From assembly GCA_010093815.1 (NCBI GenBank), contig ML996570.1: a stretch of 64,000 bases of DNA, one strand, 5' to 3'. The position numbers and the translations under genes were made by a program. Under the pieces are notes generated by a model. That model made no database searches. It saw only the letters and a list, made by a program, of their open reading frames with translations, and had not been told where the DNA came from. Below are positions 25,532 to 39,000 of the stretch, piece by piece. Position 1 is the stretch's first letter, and each line of letters starts with the position of its first letter. The stretch comes from Pseudovirgaria hyperparasitica (taxonomy: Eukaryota).

Positions 25532-27957
25532 TTAAGTTCGATTCTATTTTACTCTCTAAGTACTTTACTATAGACTTCGGAGATAATACGTAGAGTAATA
25601 CTAGGGGCGAGCTAGGCTAAGACCTAGATCTAAATATAGGGTTATAAAGCGCTAAAGAGGCGATCTTTAATCTACTATAACGCTAGTAAGCCCTTAAATA
25701 AGAGATTCTTACTATAAGAAACTAAGCCTTCTAGAATTAATCGAGCCCCGCTATAAATAAACTACTAAAGTCTCTACTTAAAAAGATAACCTTAATCCCG
25801 TAAACTAACTAGAAACTATTAGGACCTAGGGACTAGAAACCGCCCTTCTAGGACGGTAAAGTAGCTACCTTCCGAGACTATCTATTATAGTTATATAGCT
25901 TCTATAAGGTATGATCCGCGCTTAAGCTAAAGCTATCCCTAGATTACTATTAGAATACTATCTATAATACTCTACTAGTGTAAGAATAGGGTTATTAGAT
26001 AGTAGTATAGTTAGATAGAATAATAGGGTATATTCTATTATAGAACGAATTACTACCGAACCCTTTCGGTAGGAATCCGAGAGTATATATATAAAGGGAC
26101 GCCGATCTATCTAGTACGTAACTATTTACCGCCCTTTATATTACCTCCTAACCCTATTAGCTAAGGTATATATAGGTTAGATCCTACCTAAGGCTAAGTC
26201 CTAATAATTATCCCTTCCCTCTAGGAAGCTACCCTTAGCGACCTAGATTATTATCTATCTCTATATCTCTATTCTAAGTCTCGTAAGACCTTAGTTATTC
26301 TCTACGCTTCGTCTTAGATATTTACTAATATTTACTAATCTAAGATTTATATAAGCGTTTTTCTAATAAACTAGATTTTATCTATTCTAACTTCTTATAT
26401 AGGTAAGATTATCTAATTAGGCCTAGCGTATCACGTAATATAATTAGGTAAGCCCGGGTACTACCTATATTAAAATCTTTTCTTAGAAATATTCCTTTCT
26501 TTAAAAAACTTCTTAACTCTTTATAGAGTTTTTTAGATTATTAGATATATTACCTAATCCTTATAGATATAGATTTATATAGATTTACTATAATTTAGTA
26601 CGATTTACGTAATTTACTAATTTTCGTATTATCCTTAGCTAGTAATAGTATAATTCGTAATAATCCGTATAAATCGGTAATAATTATAATATGGTTTTCT
26701 AAAATCTTAATACTCTAAAGTAATTAGTACGGAAATAGGCGCCTTTAAATAATCTCTATCTTATATACGTTACCGATATATCGAAAGCTATTAATCTACC
26801 CTAACCTAGGCCGGGCTCTAATAATCTAGCTATATATTATTATAGTTATCGCTTTCCGTCGTATATTACTTACGGTAGTACTAAATCTATAATATATAGT
26901 ACTTATATAACTAAGAAGCGTTATTACTTATAGGTATTTAAGTAAGTTTAAAGAACTTTACGTAGGTTTACTTATATTAGTATAGATTACTACTAGGCCT
27001 CTAGTAACCCCTACTAATAAGGAGCGTAGTACTACTAATTATAACGCCTTAGAGAAGGCTTTCTACGAGCTATATATCTAAGGTAAGGGTTACGTCTAGA
27101 AGTACGATTCTAATAAGATCCGTAAGGATTTATCGGAATCTACTATAGCTATTATTACCGCGATTACTAGGTATTATTATTTTTCTTAAATCGTTATAGA
27201 TTCTTACTAATATATATTAATCTCTATAATTATAAGGATTATAGACGTAGGATAGTAGTCTAATAGGTTATAGGAGGATTCGGGAATATATTTAAAAGGG
27301 TAGTCTACTCTTCTAACGAGGTTGATTTCTAAAGAGTAGGAATTAAGTATATGCGGCCTACTTATATAGTAGTCTCGCTTATTCTAGCTAGCTTAACCTA
27401 GGTCCACCTATCACGGACCGTACTAGACTATAGTAGTCTAGTTAAGTCTATCCTAGTATTAGCCCTAATAATATTCTTCTTCTTCTTATGCTTCGCCCTA
27501 AAGTACTTAGCTATATATAAATCCGTAATTCTATAAGCGTTATATTTATACGCGTATCTAATTAAATCTATATAACGTTATCGATAGTCTTTATATTAGT
27601 AAACTTAAGCTCTAGTTTACTTTTATTTATACACGCACTTATCCCTTACTTTATAGCTACTACCTTAGAGGTAGCTCCGCGGGTTATATAACCGCTATAT
27701 TAACTAAGCTTATATTTAGTTCTCTTATTCTAAATTTTCTTCTCTAGTATATCTACCTTACTCTTAAGGTAAGTTATTAATTTATATACTATCTCCTTTA
27801 GTTTAAATCCGTTCGGGTCTAGAGTAGTCCATTTTTATTAGAGCTAGTTCTATATAATCTATTCGCGTTATTATGGTTACTAATTTAGCTTCTTTAATTA
27901 CCTTTAAGACTAAATAAGTATTCTACTCTTAGATCTCTAGCTAACGTATATATATAG

Positions 27958-29262
27958 ATATCTAATACTAGTTCTATTTCTAAGCCTACCTCCTCCTCTC
28001 GCAAGACTCACTCTAAAGAAATTATCTCTACCCCGGCTATACTAGCTAAAAAATCTACTTATCGTAGTAGTATAAAGGCGCGCTCTAAGTTAGAGAAGAA
28101 GATAGCTAAGGCTACTACTACTATTACTACTAATATAGCCACTAGTCACTCTAATCTAGGTAATTCTAGTACTAGTATTGCGGAAGAGGTGGCTATAAAG
28201 CCTACCTACACCTACTCGCGCCGTCTATCTACTCTACCTCCTTTAGAGGATAAAGAAGATCTCGTCGTAGACGATAATCGAGAGTTTACGCCTTCGCCGC
28301 CTCGCTCTAAATACTATTTCTCTTTTCGGTCTAATATAGACTAACTTAGTTACTCTAGATCCTTTTAGAACCTTAATATTTACTCTAAACCTAGCCCTAG
28401 TAATAATAAGGCCTAGGTCGCCGAAGATACTAAACGTAGTCGCGGTTTACGCTATAGGAAAATAGCGAACTACGGTTTAATATACTTTAAGTATATTAAG
28501 GCTTACGCCACCGGCTCTAAATATCTCTTCCGCTCTAACTCTAGTATTAGCTACTACTCTACTAACTACGATAGGCCTATATATCTAATCTTTAAGCTCC
28601 CTACCCGCTACCGCCGCTATACTATCCTTAGTAAAGTTTATCTTTAGATAAGTCTATTAGGCTATTTTAGTCTAGGGTAATCTAAAGTCGTCTATACTAA
28701 TACATTTTTAGGTTTCTATTTATATATAAGATATATATAACGATCTTCGCGTCCGTGAGACTCTCGGTAGTTCTAGTAGTTATCTAGCTTCTATACGTAG
28801 GGAGTTTAGGGAGCGCTATAAGCTCTTCCTAGAGGTTATTAAAGTATAAGTTTAGAAACCGTTAATTATTATTAACCTTAGCTTATAATTTTTAGTCGCC
28901 GCGAGATTCCTAGCGCTTAGGCTATCTATTCTAGGGAGTTGGTTTTAGCTACTAAGGCCGTAGAAGAGATTCGTACTATTCCTTCCCACCCGCCTTATAC
29001 TACTAACGGGTCTCATAAGAGATCTACTAGTTCTCCTTCTAAGTTACCTTATAAGAGGGTATATATTCTATTCTAGATTATTCTAGACCGCGTTAGCTAA
29101 CTTTAGGTCTAGTCGCTCCGCTCTAGCGCTTAGTTATTATCTTACTAGGCTCTAACTAAGCGCGTAGTTACTCTAGAGGATAAGGTCTCTAACCTCTGTC
29201 GCTCTATTACTTAGTTAGTTCATTCGCTATACTCTAAGAGTAATAATAAGATAGAGGAGTAG
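27958..29262 (+). pseudogene. Antisense spliced accessory gene of C (~380 aa; Ser/Thr/Lys-rich N-terminus, Zn-cluster-like motif, coiled coil)
   Basis: Exons 27958-28647, 28712-28845, 28896-29058 and 29107-29262 total 1143 nt in frame. Branch-site/AG signals present. Donors of introns 1 and 2 read ATAAGT; the intron-1 donor is intact GTAAGT in the D homologue. Confidence 0.75.
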
Positions 29263-29799
29263 CTCTATGGCTCTATTTACTAGGGTTTCTATATAGTGTA
29301 TGTTGGCTCTATCTACCTAGTTTCTATCCGTTTTAGTCCTTTTTAGACCGTTTAGATACCTATCTACTAGTTTTCTAGTAATTTAATTCTTAACTTAATA
29401 ATATTATATACGTTCTTATTTATTCTATAACTATTAAATTTTAGATTCTAATTTCCTTTAAGTTACTTAAGTATAGGTATTATATATAAATTAGTTTATC
29501 TCTCTAAATTATATTAGAGTACCTAAACTAGTGGCCTAGTAGTTATCGGTTTAGATACTCTAACCTTTTATATTATATATCACGAGTTTAATTCCGTAGT
29601 AGAGTACCTTTTTAGTTTCTTAGTCCTATATTCTTCTCGTGTATAATAGTCTATATTAGTCTATTCTAGACTTCTCTATATTATTCTATTATAATATATC
29701 GCGTTGCGTGCCTATACCGGTTATTTATATTTTCTTCGCGTTTAGTAACCGTATATCGCTTGAATTATAGGGCTGCCTTATAGAGTTTTCCTAGTATAC

Positions 29800-32700
29800 G
29801 TTTAGGATTCGTGATTTAATACTTCGTTCTCTATGGTATCCTTCTTCTTTCTACGACGGCCCTAACGGCGCTAGGTTTATAGTAGTAACGTGTTATCCTA
29901 TAACCTCTATTTATATATAGCTATCGCGGTACTTAAGATATATACTATAGGTTCCTAGGTATCCTTATCCTTAGTATAGTTCTTCTAATAGATTTAATAC
30001 TTTTGGATACTATTCTCGTTAAGCCTATGTTTAATAATATAGTCTACTTCGTATACGTCTAGTCTATCTTAGGGTATAATAGAGTATAATTACACGTTCG
30101 TACGTTTATATACGTTAGATCGAAACCTTTTAAGTAATAAGACGTGGAATACGTTATGGACTTTTATATCGTTTCCTAGGTTAAGCTTATAGACTCTTAT
30201 ACCGATATAACGTTTAATTCGGAAGGGACTAGCTATTTTATAATCGAGCTTTTTATTTACTTATAATGTTCGTATATTATAGATATTAAGGAGGACTTTA
30301 TCTCCCTCCTCGTATACTTAATCTTTAACTAATCTATTATAGTACTTTATATATAACTTATTCGCTTACTAGATTATTACGTGATAGTTACGTACGGTTT
30401 TAAAGATTTTAATCGCTAGTTCCTACGCGTAGACGTTAACATCTATTATTTAGTCGAACTAGACCGTGTAAGGTTCGAAACCTATCCTTAGACTACGTTC
30501 TAGGTTCGTCTAGAAGGGCGTAACACCTATTATACTATAACGACTATTATTATACGCGAATTCTACTATACTTAGTAGAGAGGCCTAGTCGTCTTATTCG
30601 AAATTATAGAATGTATAAAGGTAGGCCTCGAGCGTTTGGTTCTATCGCTCTATCTAACCATCTATTTATAGATGGAATACTATTAACATGTTTCTATTTA
30701 TACCAGCCATTTCATAGAATAACGTCTAGAATTTAGACGTGAATATACTCCCTCGGTCCGTAACAATCCTTTTTAGTATACCATGGACCTTAATAATCTT
30801 ATTCTAGAATACTTATACTAGTTCTTTTAATATAATCATCTTCTACATAGGGACATACCTAGATATCTTTATAAGTCTATCCACGATAATAAGAATTAAA
30901 TTATAACTTATTCTAAGTATCTCGCTTAGAGGTAAGTTAACTATAAAATCTATAGTAATATCTTTCTATATAAAGAGGGGGACTAGTAGAGGCTATAAGT
31001 TCCTATATAGCTTATACCTAGGTACCTTTATTCTTTAATAAATCGGATAAGTAGCTATCTATTCTTTAATATACTTAGATATATCTTCCTAAAAATAGTA
31101 CTAACGAATCGAGCTTAGGGTGCGTATATACCCGAAATGTCCTACTAGGTTAGCGTTATAGTATCGGCTAACTATAGTAAATCGTGCGTTACCTATTGGT
31201 ATATAGTACTTTCTATTATAGTAGAGTAAGCCGTCTATAAAGGTCTACTTATAGTCTACTTCGGTCCGTAATAACCTATCTTACTATATTTTACGTAACT
31301 TTAAAACTATTAGGTCTGTCTTTTATAGATCCACGATTAACTAGGCGAGGTCTACTTAATATATACGCTAGGTACCATCGCCCTCCCTAATAGCGCTAAT
31401 AAATGGCTCGCTAGGGACTTCGGTACCGTGTCTTTAGTTACCGGCTTCGGTCTTATAAATTTAATTACCGGTATTAGCGTTAGTATCTCGCTAATTATTG
31501 AATAACTTATTATCTAACCTCGTCCTTAAGAGTTAGGCCTATAGCTACTCTAGGACTCTATAGCTACTATAACTCTAGGCGCCTTCTTTATAGTTAGGTC
31601 TTCTTAATATTCTATTAGCTAGGTTTATACTTCTAGATTAATAGTAGATTATAAAGTAGAAATTTATAAGCTACTTAGCCTATTAAACCTATCGATGATT
31701 TAAAACTATCATGCTTATAAACCCCTTTAAGTTATAGTAATTAGTTAGTAACTTAACGTTATACATAGTACCTTTAAGATAATATCGCCACTACTTAAAC
31801 GACTCTACTATTACTAGTAGCTCTTAGTTATAAATAGTATATCTAGTCTCGACGTCGGCTATCTTACGCGAGAAGAACGTAACTAGATACTATTAGACCT
31901 TTTTAGACTCTATTAGTCTAGGCTAGGAGAGTATATCTAAGATTATAAATTCTAATATATTAGTTTTAACGTGAATAGGTTTAGTTAGGTTAAAGTGCAC
32001 TAGTAATAGGGCGGTTATAAATGCTTCTTTAATCTTCTTAAAGGATGTTCTTTCGACCTTAGTTAATTTAATAGGTTATAATTTAATATTATACTATTTC
32101 TATCTACCACGGACCGTAATAGACGAGTCGGTAGTAGTAGTATACGTATTAAGTGGTGCGGCTAAACGGAAGAAGTGTTTAATAAATTTTCGGTAGTAGT
32201 TAGTAAAGCTAATAAAGACACGTATATGTTAAATAGATTTTAGTTTAGGCTAGTCTATAATAGTAGTAACTCTATCTCTCTCTATAGTTATACCTTAATT
32301 AGTAATAACGAAGCTAAGAAAGTTAATATAGTCCTAATGGAACTCGTATTTAGATAGCTTAATATATAGCTTATACTTTTCTAGCCTATCTAGGACTATA
32401 CGTACGTGCTAGATATACTCCTCCTCGTTATCTAAGAAGATAAGGATATTATCTAGGTACATAATATATATTATATCGAGTAGGCCTACTAGCGCGTTAT
32501 TAATATATGCTTAGAAGGTACCTAGCGCGTTAGTTAGTCTAAAAGGGACTATAGTATACTTAAAGTATCTATAACGGGTTCTAAAAGCCGTTTTCCATTC
32601 ATCGCCTTCCTTAATACGAAGGCGATAGTAGATGTTACGTAGATTAAGCTTAGTAAAGATCTTTACGCGTCCTAGTCTATTAATAGACTTAGAGATAAGA

Positions 32701-34960
32701 GGTAGTAGGTAACGATTCTTTTATATAATATTATTTAGGCTACGGTAGTCGATATATAGACGGAGGCTCCTATTCTTCTTCTTTATAAAGAGGATTAGAG
32801 CTCCGGCTAGAGATATACTAGGCCTAATCTATTCTTGCGTAAGGTTCTTTTCGATATATTCTTAAAGGGCTTATAACTTAGGTTCTAAAAGAGAGTAGAT
32901 AGGTCTATATAGAGGTTACTAGCTATCTTCGAGATTAATAGTAAGGTTAGTAGATTAGTATTAAGGTAGTTTAGAGGAATCGATCGCTAACGCGATATAT
33001 TAGTATATTTTATACTAATATAGTAGGTTTTCGTCCACTTTAATACTAAGCTCGCTATTTTACGTAAGTAAGAGTACGTAGATAGTAGAGATCGCCTTCT
33101 TATAATCTTTCTAGAATTATTTATCGTCGATAAGCTATACTAGTTCCTATTAAGGTAGGTTTATGCGCTAGCTAGCTATCTTCTTAAGGAAGTCTAGTTT
33201 TAGATTATATTTCTTAAGCTATAGTATACCTAGAATTATATCGAAGGGACTATCTACCACGATAAAGGTTAAGTAGTAGAGTTTCTATTTCCCTCCGCTA
33301 TCCTAGATGCTATATTTAATAGTATAGGTACCGTATGACTTAATAGGACCGTTAATACTATAGAACATAGTATCTATTAGAGCTTAGATATCGGCGTTAA
33401 GTTCTCGTGCTCGTTAGGTTAATATAACGTTAGTAGCCGACCTACTATTAAGTATTATAGTCTAATATTATCCACGAGGGACCTTAATAGATCTAGTCTA
33501 TAGTTCGATATACTATTTAGCGGATTACCCCTCTATTATAGTCGCGTCTATAAGTCGCGAGGGTTTCTTATAGACTATTAGTTTTTTATATTCTATGCTA
33601 GGTAGTTAGGCGCGATGTATTCTAGCTACTAGTACTTATAGTATATAACTAGTTAGTTAGTTATATTAGCACTCGGTAGCTTCCCTAAACGGTACTTAGG
33701 TACTATATAGTCTATTCTACTATAGGTATAGTAAGTAACTTTAGGTCGTTTATACAAGTCAGTCCTTATATCTTAATATATCAATTAGTAGAGAGATCCA
33801 CAATACAATCCGCGTGGTTTTAAATTTAAGGCGTGGTAGTAGCCTTATAACGTCCCGCGAGATCTATTACTAAATCGGTTTTAGTTAGACGATTTTACGT
33901 TAGATTAGATTATTAGAGATAGTTATATACTAGCGCGGCGTTAATTATTTATTATATACTAGTATCGCTCCGCGAGGTTTATAAGAGCTTAGAGGTCTAT
34001 AGGGATTATTATTATAAGGTTAAGACGGTCCTTTATATTTAGGGCGAGAGACCGTTTAAAGTCGTCGTACTATCAAATTATATAATCTTCTTTAGCTTCT
34101 CTCTAGAGGGGCCGAAGGTATTTAAGGAGTTATAACGGTAACTAATTATCTCGTTATCGAGTCTTAAAGATATGGCCCTAGACCTAGTCGCGTTATTTAG
34201 CCCTATCGCTAAAATATTAGAGAAGAAATTCGGTGAACGTGTCCTAGTTATAGGTATTCTTAGAATGTTTAATTCGGTATACTATCTAACGTTCTAAAGG
34301 CGTTAGGTTAAGGTAGTTCTAGGCGAATCTAATTTTATTACTATCGTTTATAAATAGATGGAAGAATCGGCTATATTAGTAAGCCTATACGTGGAAACTC
34401 TTTCTACTTTTACTATTAAAGTAAGATAGTTTCTTAGGTCGGGGTAATTAGGATAGTAGTAGACTAGGATAGATTATTTTAGTTAGTATAGGTCTATATA
34501 AATATAGATTAGTCGTTACTAGAACTAAAGCGCGTAATATAGCTTTAAGTCTCGTAGTACGTTCTCGAGCTTTATTAAGTTCGCGTAGTTATTACTTAAG
34601 TTAAATCTATTATTATCTCTCTTCGTGTAGTCTAGTATATACGTTATTATAAGGTGTGGTTAACGTTAGGCGATTCTAATAGATTAACTTATTAACGTTA
34701 ATAAGGTCTAGTCTTATATTAAGGTTAGGTCTAGTATAGTTCGAACTAGACTAAGATAGAGTATAATAGACTCTATCCTTATATTCTATAATATCTTCTA
34801 TAGTTATACGGAATATCGTGCGAGTTATTAGTACGATAGCCTATAAGATATAGTTATTAGTAGGGGTAGTTATAGGTAGACTATTCTTCTCGTTTAGGTT
34901 AGGAGAAGGTCTACTATAAGAGGCGGTACCACGAGTGTTATAACGAGTAGTTAGAGCTAT
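29800..34960 (-). pseudogene. gag-pol of element C (gag CCHC knuckle, protease, RT, RNase H, integrase, chromodomain), RIP-disrupted
   Basis: Minus-strand [27 protein letters not shown] (~32575-32660) and YLDNILIF (~32440-32460); colinear with the pol of D. Ends approximate. Confidence 0.9.
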
Positions 34961-35890
34961 TTCTATAAACTACCGTCGTGCTATATAAAGAGGAATTAAA
35001 ATATAAGGATTATAGACGTAGAATAGTAGTCTAATAGGTTATAGGAGGATTCGGGAATATATTTAAAAGGGTAGTCTACTCTCCTAATAAGATTAATTCC
35101 TAAAGAGTAGGAATTAAGTGTATACGGCCTACTTATATAGTAGTCTCGCTTATTCTAGCTAGCTTAACCTAGGTCCACCTGTCACGGACCGTACTAGACC
35201 ATAGTAGTCTAGTTAAGTCTATCCTAGTATTAGCCCTAATAATAATAGTGCTAAAATCTCTACTACTTCGGACTTCTTTCTATATACTAGCGATATTAAA
35301 ATTCCTAGAAAAGGTTCTAGTAAAAAGGCTAAGGTTCCTTCCTTACGCGTGCTAAAGAGCTATAAATTTAGAGAAGATAGCTCTAATCTAGAAGTTTCTA
35401 TACTAAAGGTATATAGTTCTATACCGATCGTTAAATCTTTTTACTAATTTATATAATTCTTAGCGTGCCCGCGCCGGTCCGTCTCTCTCTATTCTAGGTT
35501 CTACTACTCTATAGGTTTCTATAGAGGAGTTTATAGCTATAAGGCGCGCTATATAGAATTTATAGCGTCGGAACGAAAGGCTAGAGACTTATATTATAAA
35601 GCTCTATACTATACTAAATAAGAACTAGCAAAAGGAATTAGATGTAACTATCGCGGTAATTAGTACTTCTACTCCTACTCCGACTTAATTAGTTTAGATC
35701 TATACTAATTAGTACTAATATATCTCTTTTATCTAGTATTTTTAGTTTTTTAGTTTTAATTTTAAAGTAATCTTACTTCTTCTAGATAGATTAGTACGAG
35801 TTTATAAAGATCTATATAGATCTTTATATTTTCTTTTAGCTTTCTTAATTTTATCTTTCTTTAATAATAACTTCTTTAATCTCTTTAGTA

Positions 35891-35931
35891 ATCTATACCG
35901 ATCTATACCGATCTATACCAATCGGCACCGA
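35891..35931 (+). repeat. 10-bp tandem repeat ATCTATACCG x ~4 in the 3' region of B
   Basis: Directly visible; lies between the pol end and the stop of the antisense gene. Confidence 0.75.
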
Positions 35932-36059
35932 TTTTCGATATCTATTTCTCTCGGTAAATTATTTTTCTAAGTCTCTTTTTTAGTTAAATTTTTTAAAGTT
36001 CTAAGTTTAAACTTTCTAAGGAAGTTCCTTAATTCCTTAGAATATTTTAAAAATCTATG

Positions 36060-39000
36060 TCTCTTTTACCTTCTTTCTTTTAGGCGGCTATCCTTAGTAC
36101 TAAACTATACTAAAAAACGTCGAATTACCGTACTTTAGTATAATTCTCTACGATTCCGCGGCTTCCTTTACTAATCGCTACTTATATACTAATATTGCTA
36201 CTTTACTAATGTTTATTATAGGTTCCTAAGTATCTTTATTAGGATTATATCCTTTCTAATGAATTTTATATAGCTATATACTATCTTCGGCGCGTTACTA
36301 GCTAAGTATCTACTTAACTTTATAGATATCTATACCTTCTTACGTAACTACTTTATATAGTATCTATTTAGAATAATCTAGTAATAATAAGGTATAAAAT
36401 AGCTCGAGAAGCGTAATATAGAATATATTATATATCTTTAATATAGGAGGGAGTTATAACTCGTACGCCTAGTTATTAATTACACGAGTAATCTTATATA
36501 GATCTATTATCGTATAGTTAAGCTTCTTCTTTAGCCTAATACTATGAATATTCTTACTATTTAGTAAAACTTTATCCCTAATATTAAAGATCATGGGTTT
36601 TCTGCCCTTATTATAGTGCGATTTACTATAATTTATAGTATCTTATAGTAACTTTATAACGCTTCTTTACGTTTAGAATAGTTCTATAGTAATTTCTATT
36701 ACTTTAATATTAGATTATTCTACTTTAAACTAAGTCCCTAAGAACTATATATTATAGTTCTAACCAAAGTTTACTTCGAACGGACTTACGTAGGTTAATA
36801 TATATCGGCTATTATTATACGCGAATTCCGCGATATAGACTAACCTTATCTAGTTATTCTACTTATAGTTATAATATATATATAAATACGCCTCGACTAT
36901 CTAATTCTACCGCTCTATCTATCTATCTATTTATAGCTAGAACGTAGTACTAAGTTTCTACTTAATTCCTAGTGTATAGTAGAAATCCTTCTAAAATTTA
37001 GACGTTATCTATGGACCTCTATCCGAAACTATACCGTTCGGTATACCGTAGAGCCGGACTACGTTATAGAGTAGTATATCTATAAGATCCGGTACTTAGA
37101 TTATCTTTCTTATAGGGATATAGTATAATATCTTTATAAATCTATCTAGAACTACGAGTAAACTATTATAAATATACCTAGAATACTTACTTAGGGATAG
37201 ATCTATAATAAAATCCATGGATAATTCCTTCTATGCCTCCTTTAGCATAGATAATAGCCTTAATTCGCTATATAGTAAGTGTCTATATACTTTTATATAC
37301 TAGTAAACGTTATATATTTTTACGTAGTCTTTTATATATTTATAAAGACCTAGCTAGTCGTACATTCTTTAGATTAAATCGACCGTCCTTATAACGCTAA
37401 AGTACCCTACTAACGCGTAATTATACTATTCCCTTAAAATATCAATTTATAAGCCGCCTTCTAGTATATAGAGTCGGCCTTAGAAGTAGATCGCGTCTAA
37501 TTATTATTCCTACCTTAATAACTACGGCGGATCTATAGCGCTTCCTTTTATACTTATAACTTTCTTTACTAATATATCAGAATTCTAGGTAGATTTAATT
37601 AAGTCTTTAAGGGTTTTCTTAGTTTCTTAGACGTTTATTTAGATTACTTAATACCCGCTCTAATTCCCGCGGAGAATCGCCGAAAGTATCCTAGCTTCTA
37701 GTATTCTATTAGATAACTAGTCTTATAGTATCTAAAGTATAGTATAGTCTAACTTATACCGACTATCTACGTTATTCTATAACGATTTCTTATAATCTTT
37801 ATACCGTAATAGAGGATTAGCTTTATTCTCTCTTCTAGCTTTATATAAGATTTTAAAGTTAAATATTAATATCTACTTAGCCTAACGTACTTATTAGCAA
37901 TTAAGAACCTTAGTCAATATAAAGTAACATAGATTTATATAATCCGATAATAATTTAATCTAATATATAGAGCCTTCTAAATAATATTACTATTACTTAA
38001 AACTCTTAATAATTATAAGTAGTTTCTAGTTATACATGTTATAACGTATCTCTATATCCGCTATTTTATAGAAAAAGAAAGCGACCGGGTACTATTATAC
38101 CTTATCTTTCGTATCTTTATATAGTTAACTAATAATTCTAGTAATTACGAATTCTAACGCGTTAGTTTCGACCCGAATATACTTCTTAGAATTAAAATAC
38201 CTAAGAATCGGCGTAGTTATAAAGTAATTCTTTAATAATCGGAACGTATCTTACGCTTCCGGCGTTAACTATATCCCGACCGACTTAGCTTTACGCTATA
38301 CTCGCCTATCTATAGAGATTTTACCGCTATTCTCTATAAGTTTATTAAGTAGCGCCGTAATTTATAAGAAGCCTATAATAAATTTATAATAATAGTTTAT
38401 AAAACCTATAAATATTCTAATTTAACGTATAGTAGTAGATTCTAGCTATTCTATAATGGTCTTTACACGCTCCGGCTCTATTTTTAGGCCGCTATATATT
38501 ATAATAAAGCCGAGAAACCTAACTTCTTATTAGTAAAACTTATATTTAGATAATTTTATATAGAGTTTATACTACCTTAGATAATTTAGTATTAATTTCA
38601 CGTGTTCTTTATAATTCCATATACTATTAGAGTAAATTAGTATATTATTAAGATAAACTACGTAAATCACGTTAAGTAATTCTATAAGTATAGTATTAAT
38701 ATATCCTTAAAACACTCCTAGCGTATTTATTAGCCCGAATAGTATAATAGTATACTTAAAATAACTATATCTAGTCCGAAATGCGGTTTTCTACTTATCT
38801 CCGCGATGAATTTAAAGCCGGTAATATATATCTTATAAATCTAGCTTTGTAAAGTACTTTACCTTCATTAATTAGTCTAAAGATTTACTAATTAGCGGTA
38901 ATAGATAATAATTCTTCTTAGTTACTATATTTAGTATCTAATAGTTAATATATAGACGTAAACTTCCGTCTTTCTTCTTCACGAAGAGAATAGATACGCT

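Larger units (their letters stand above)
27231..35241 (-). mobile_element. Ty3/Gypsy chromovirus 'C' (8011 bp), inserted in the 3' region of B
   Basis: 240-bp LTRs 27231-27470 and 35002-35241; TSD ATAAT; minus-strand PPT AAGAAGAAGAAGAA; gag-pol relics homologous to D. Confidence 0.94.
26778..35688 (+). pseudogene. Antisense spliced accessory gene of B (Zn-cluster-like + coiled coil), split by element C
   Basis: Exons 26778-26933, 26986-27170, 35249-35408 and 35464-35688 splice in frame (phases 0,2,0). All internal stops are TAA/TAG, compatible with RIP. Start codon position uncertain. Confidence 0.7.

Noticed and set aside
26207..29800. Envelope (env) gene as explanation for the long 3' regions
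   Set aside because: The frames are antisense and spliced, with no signal peptide or TM segment apparent.
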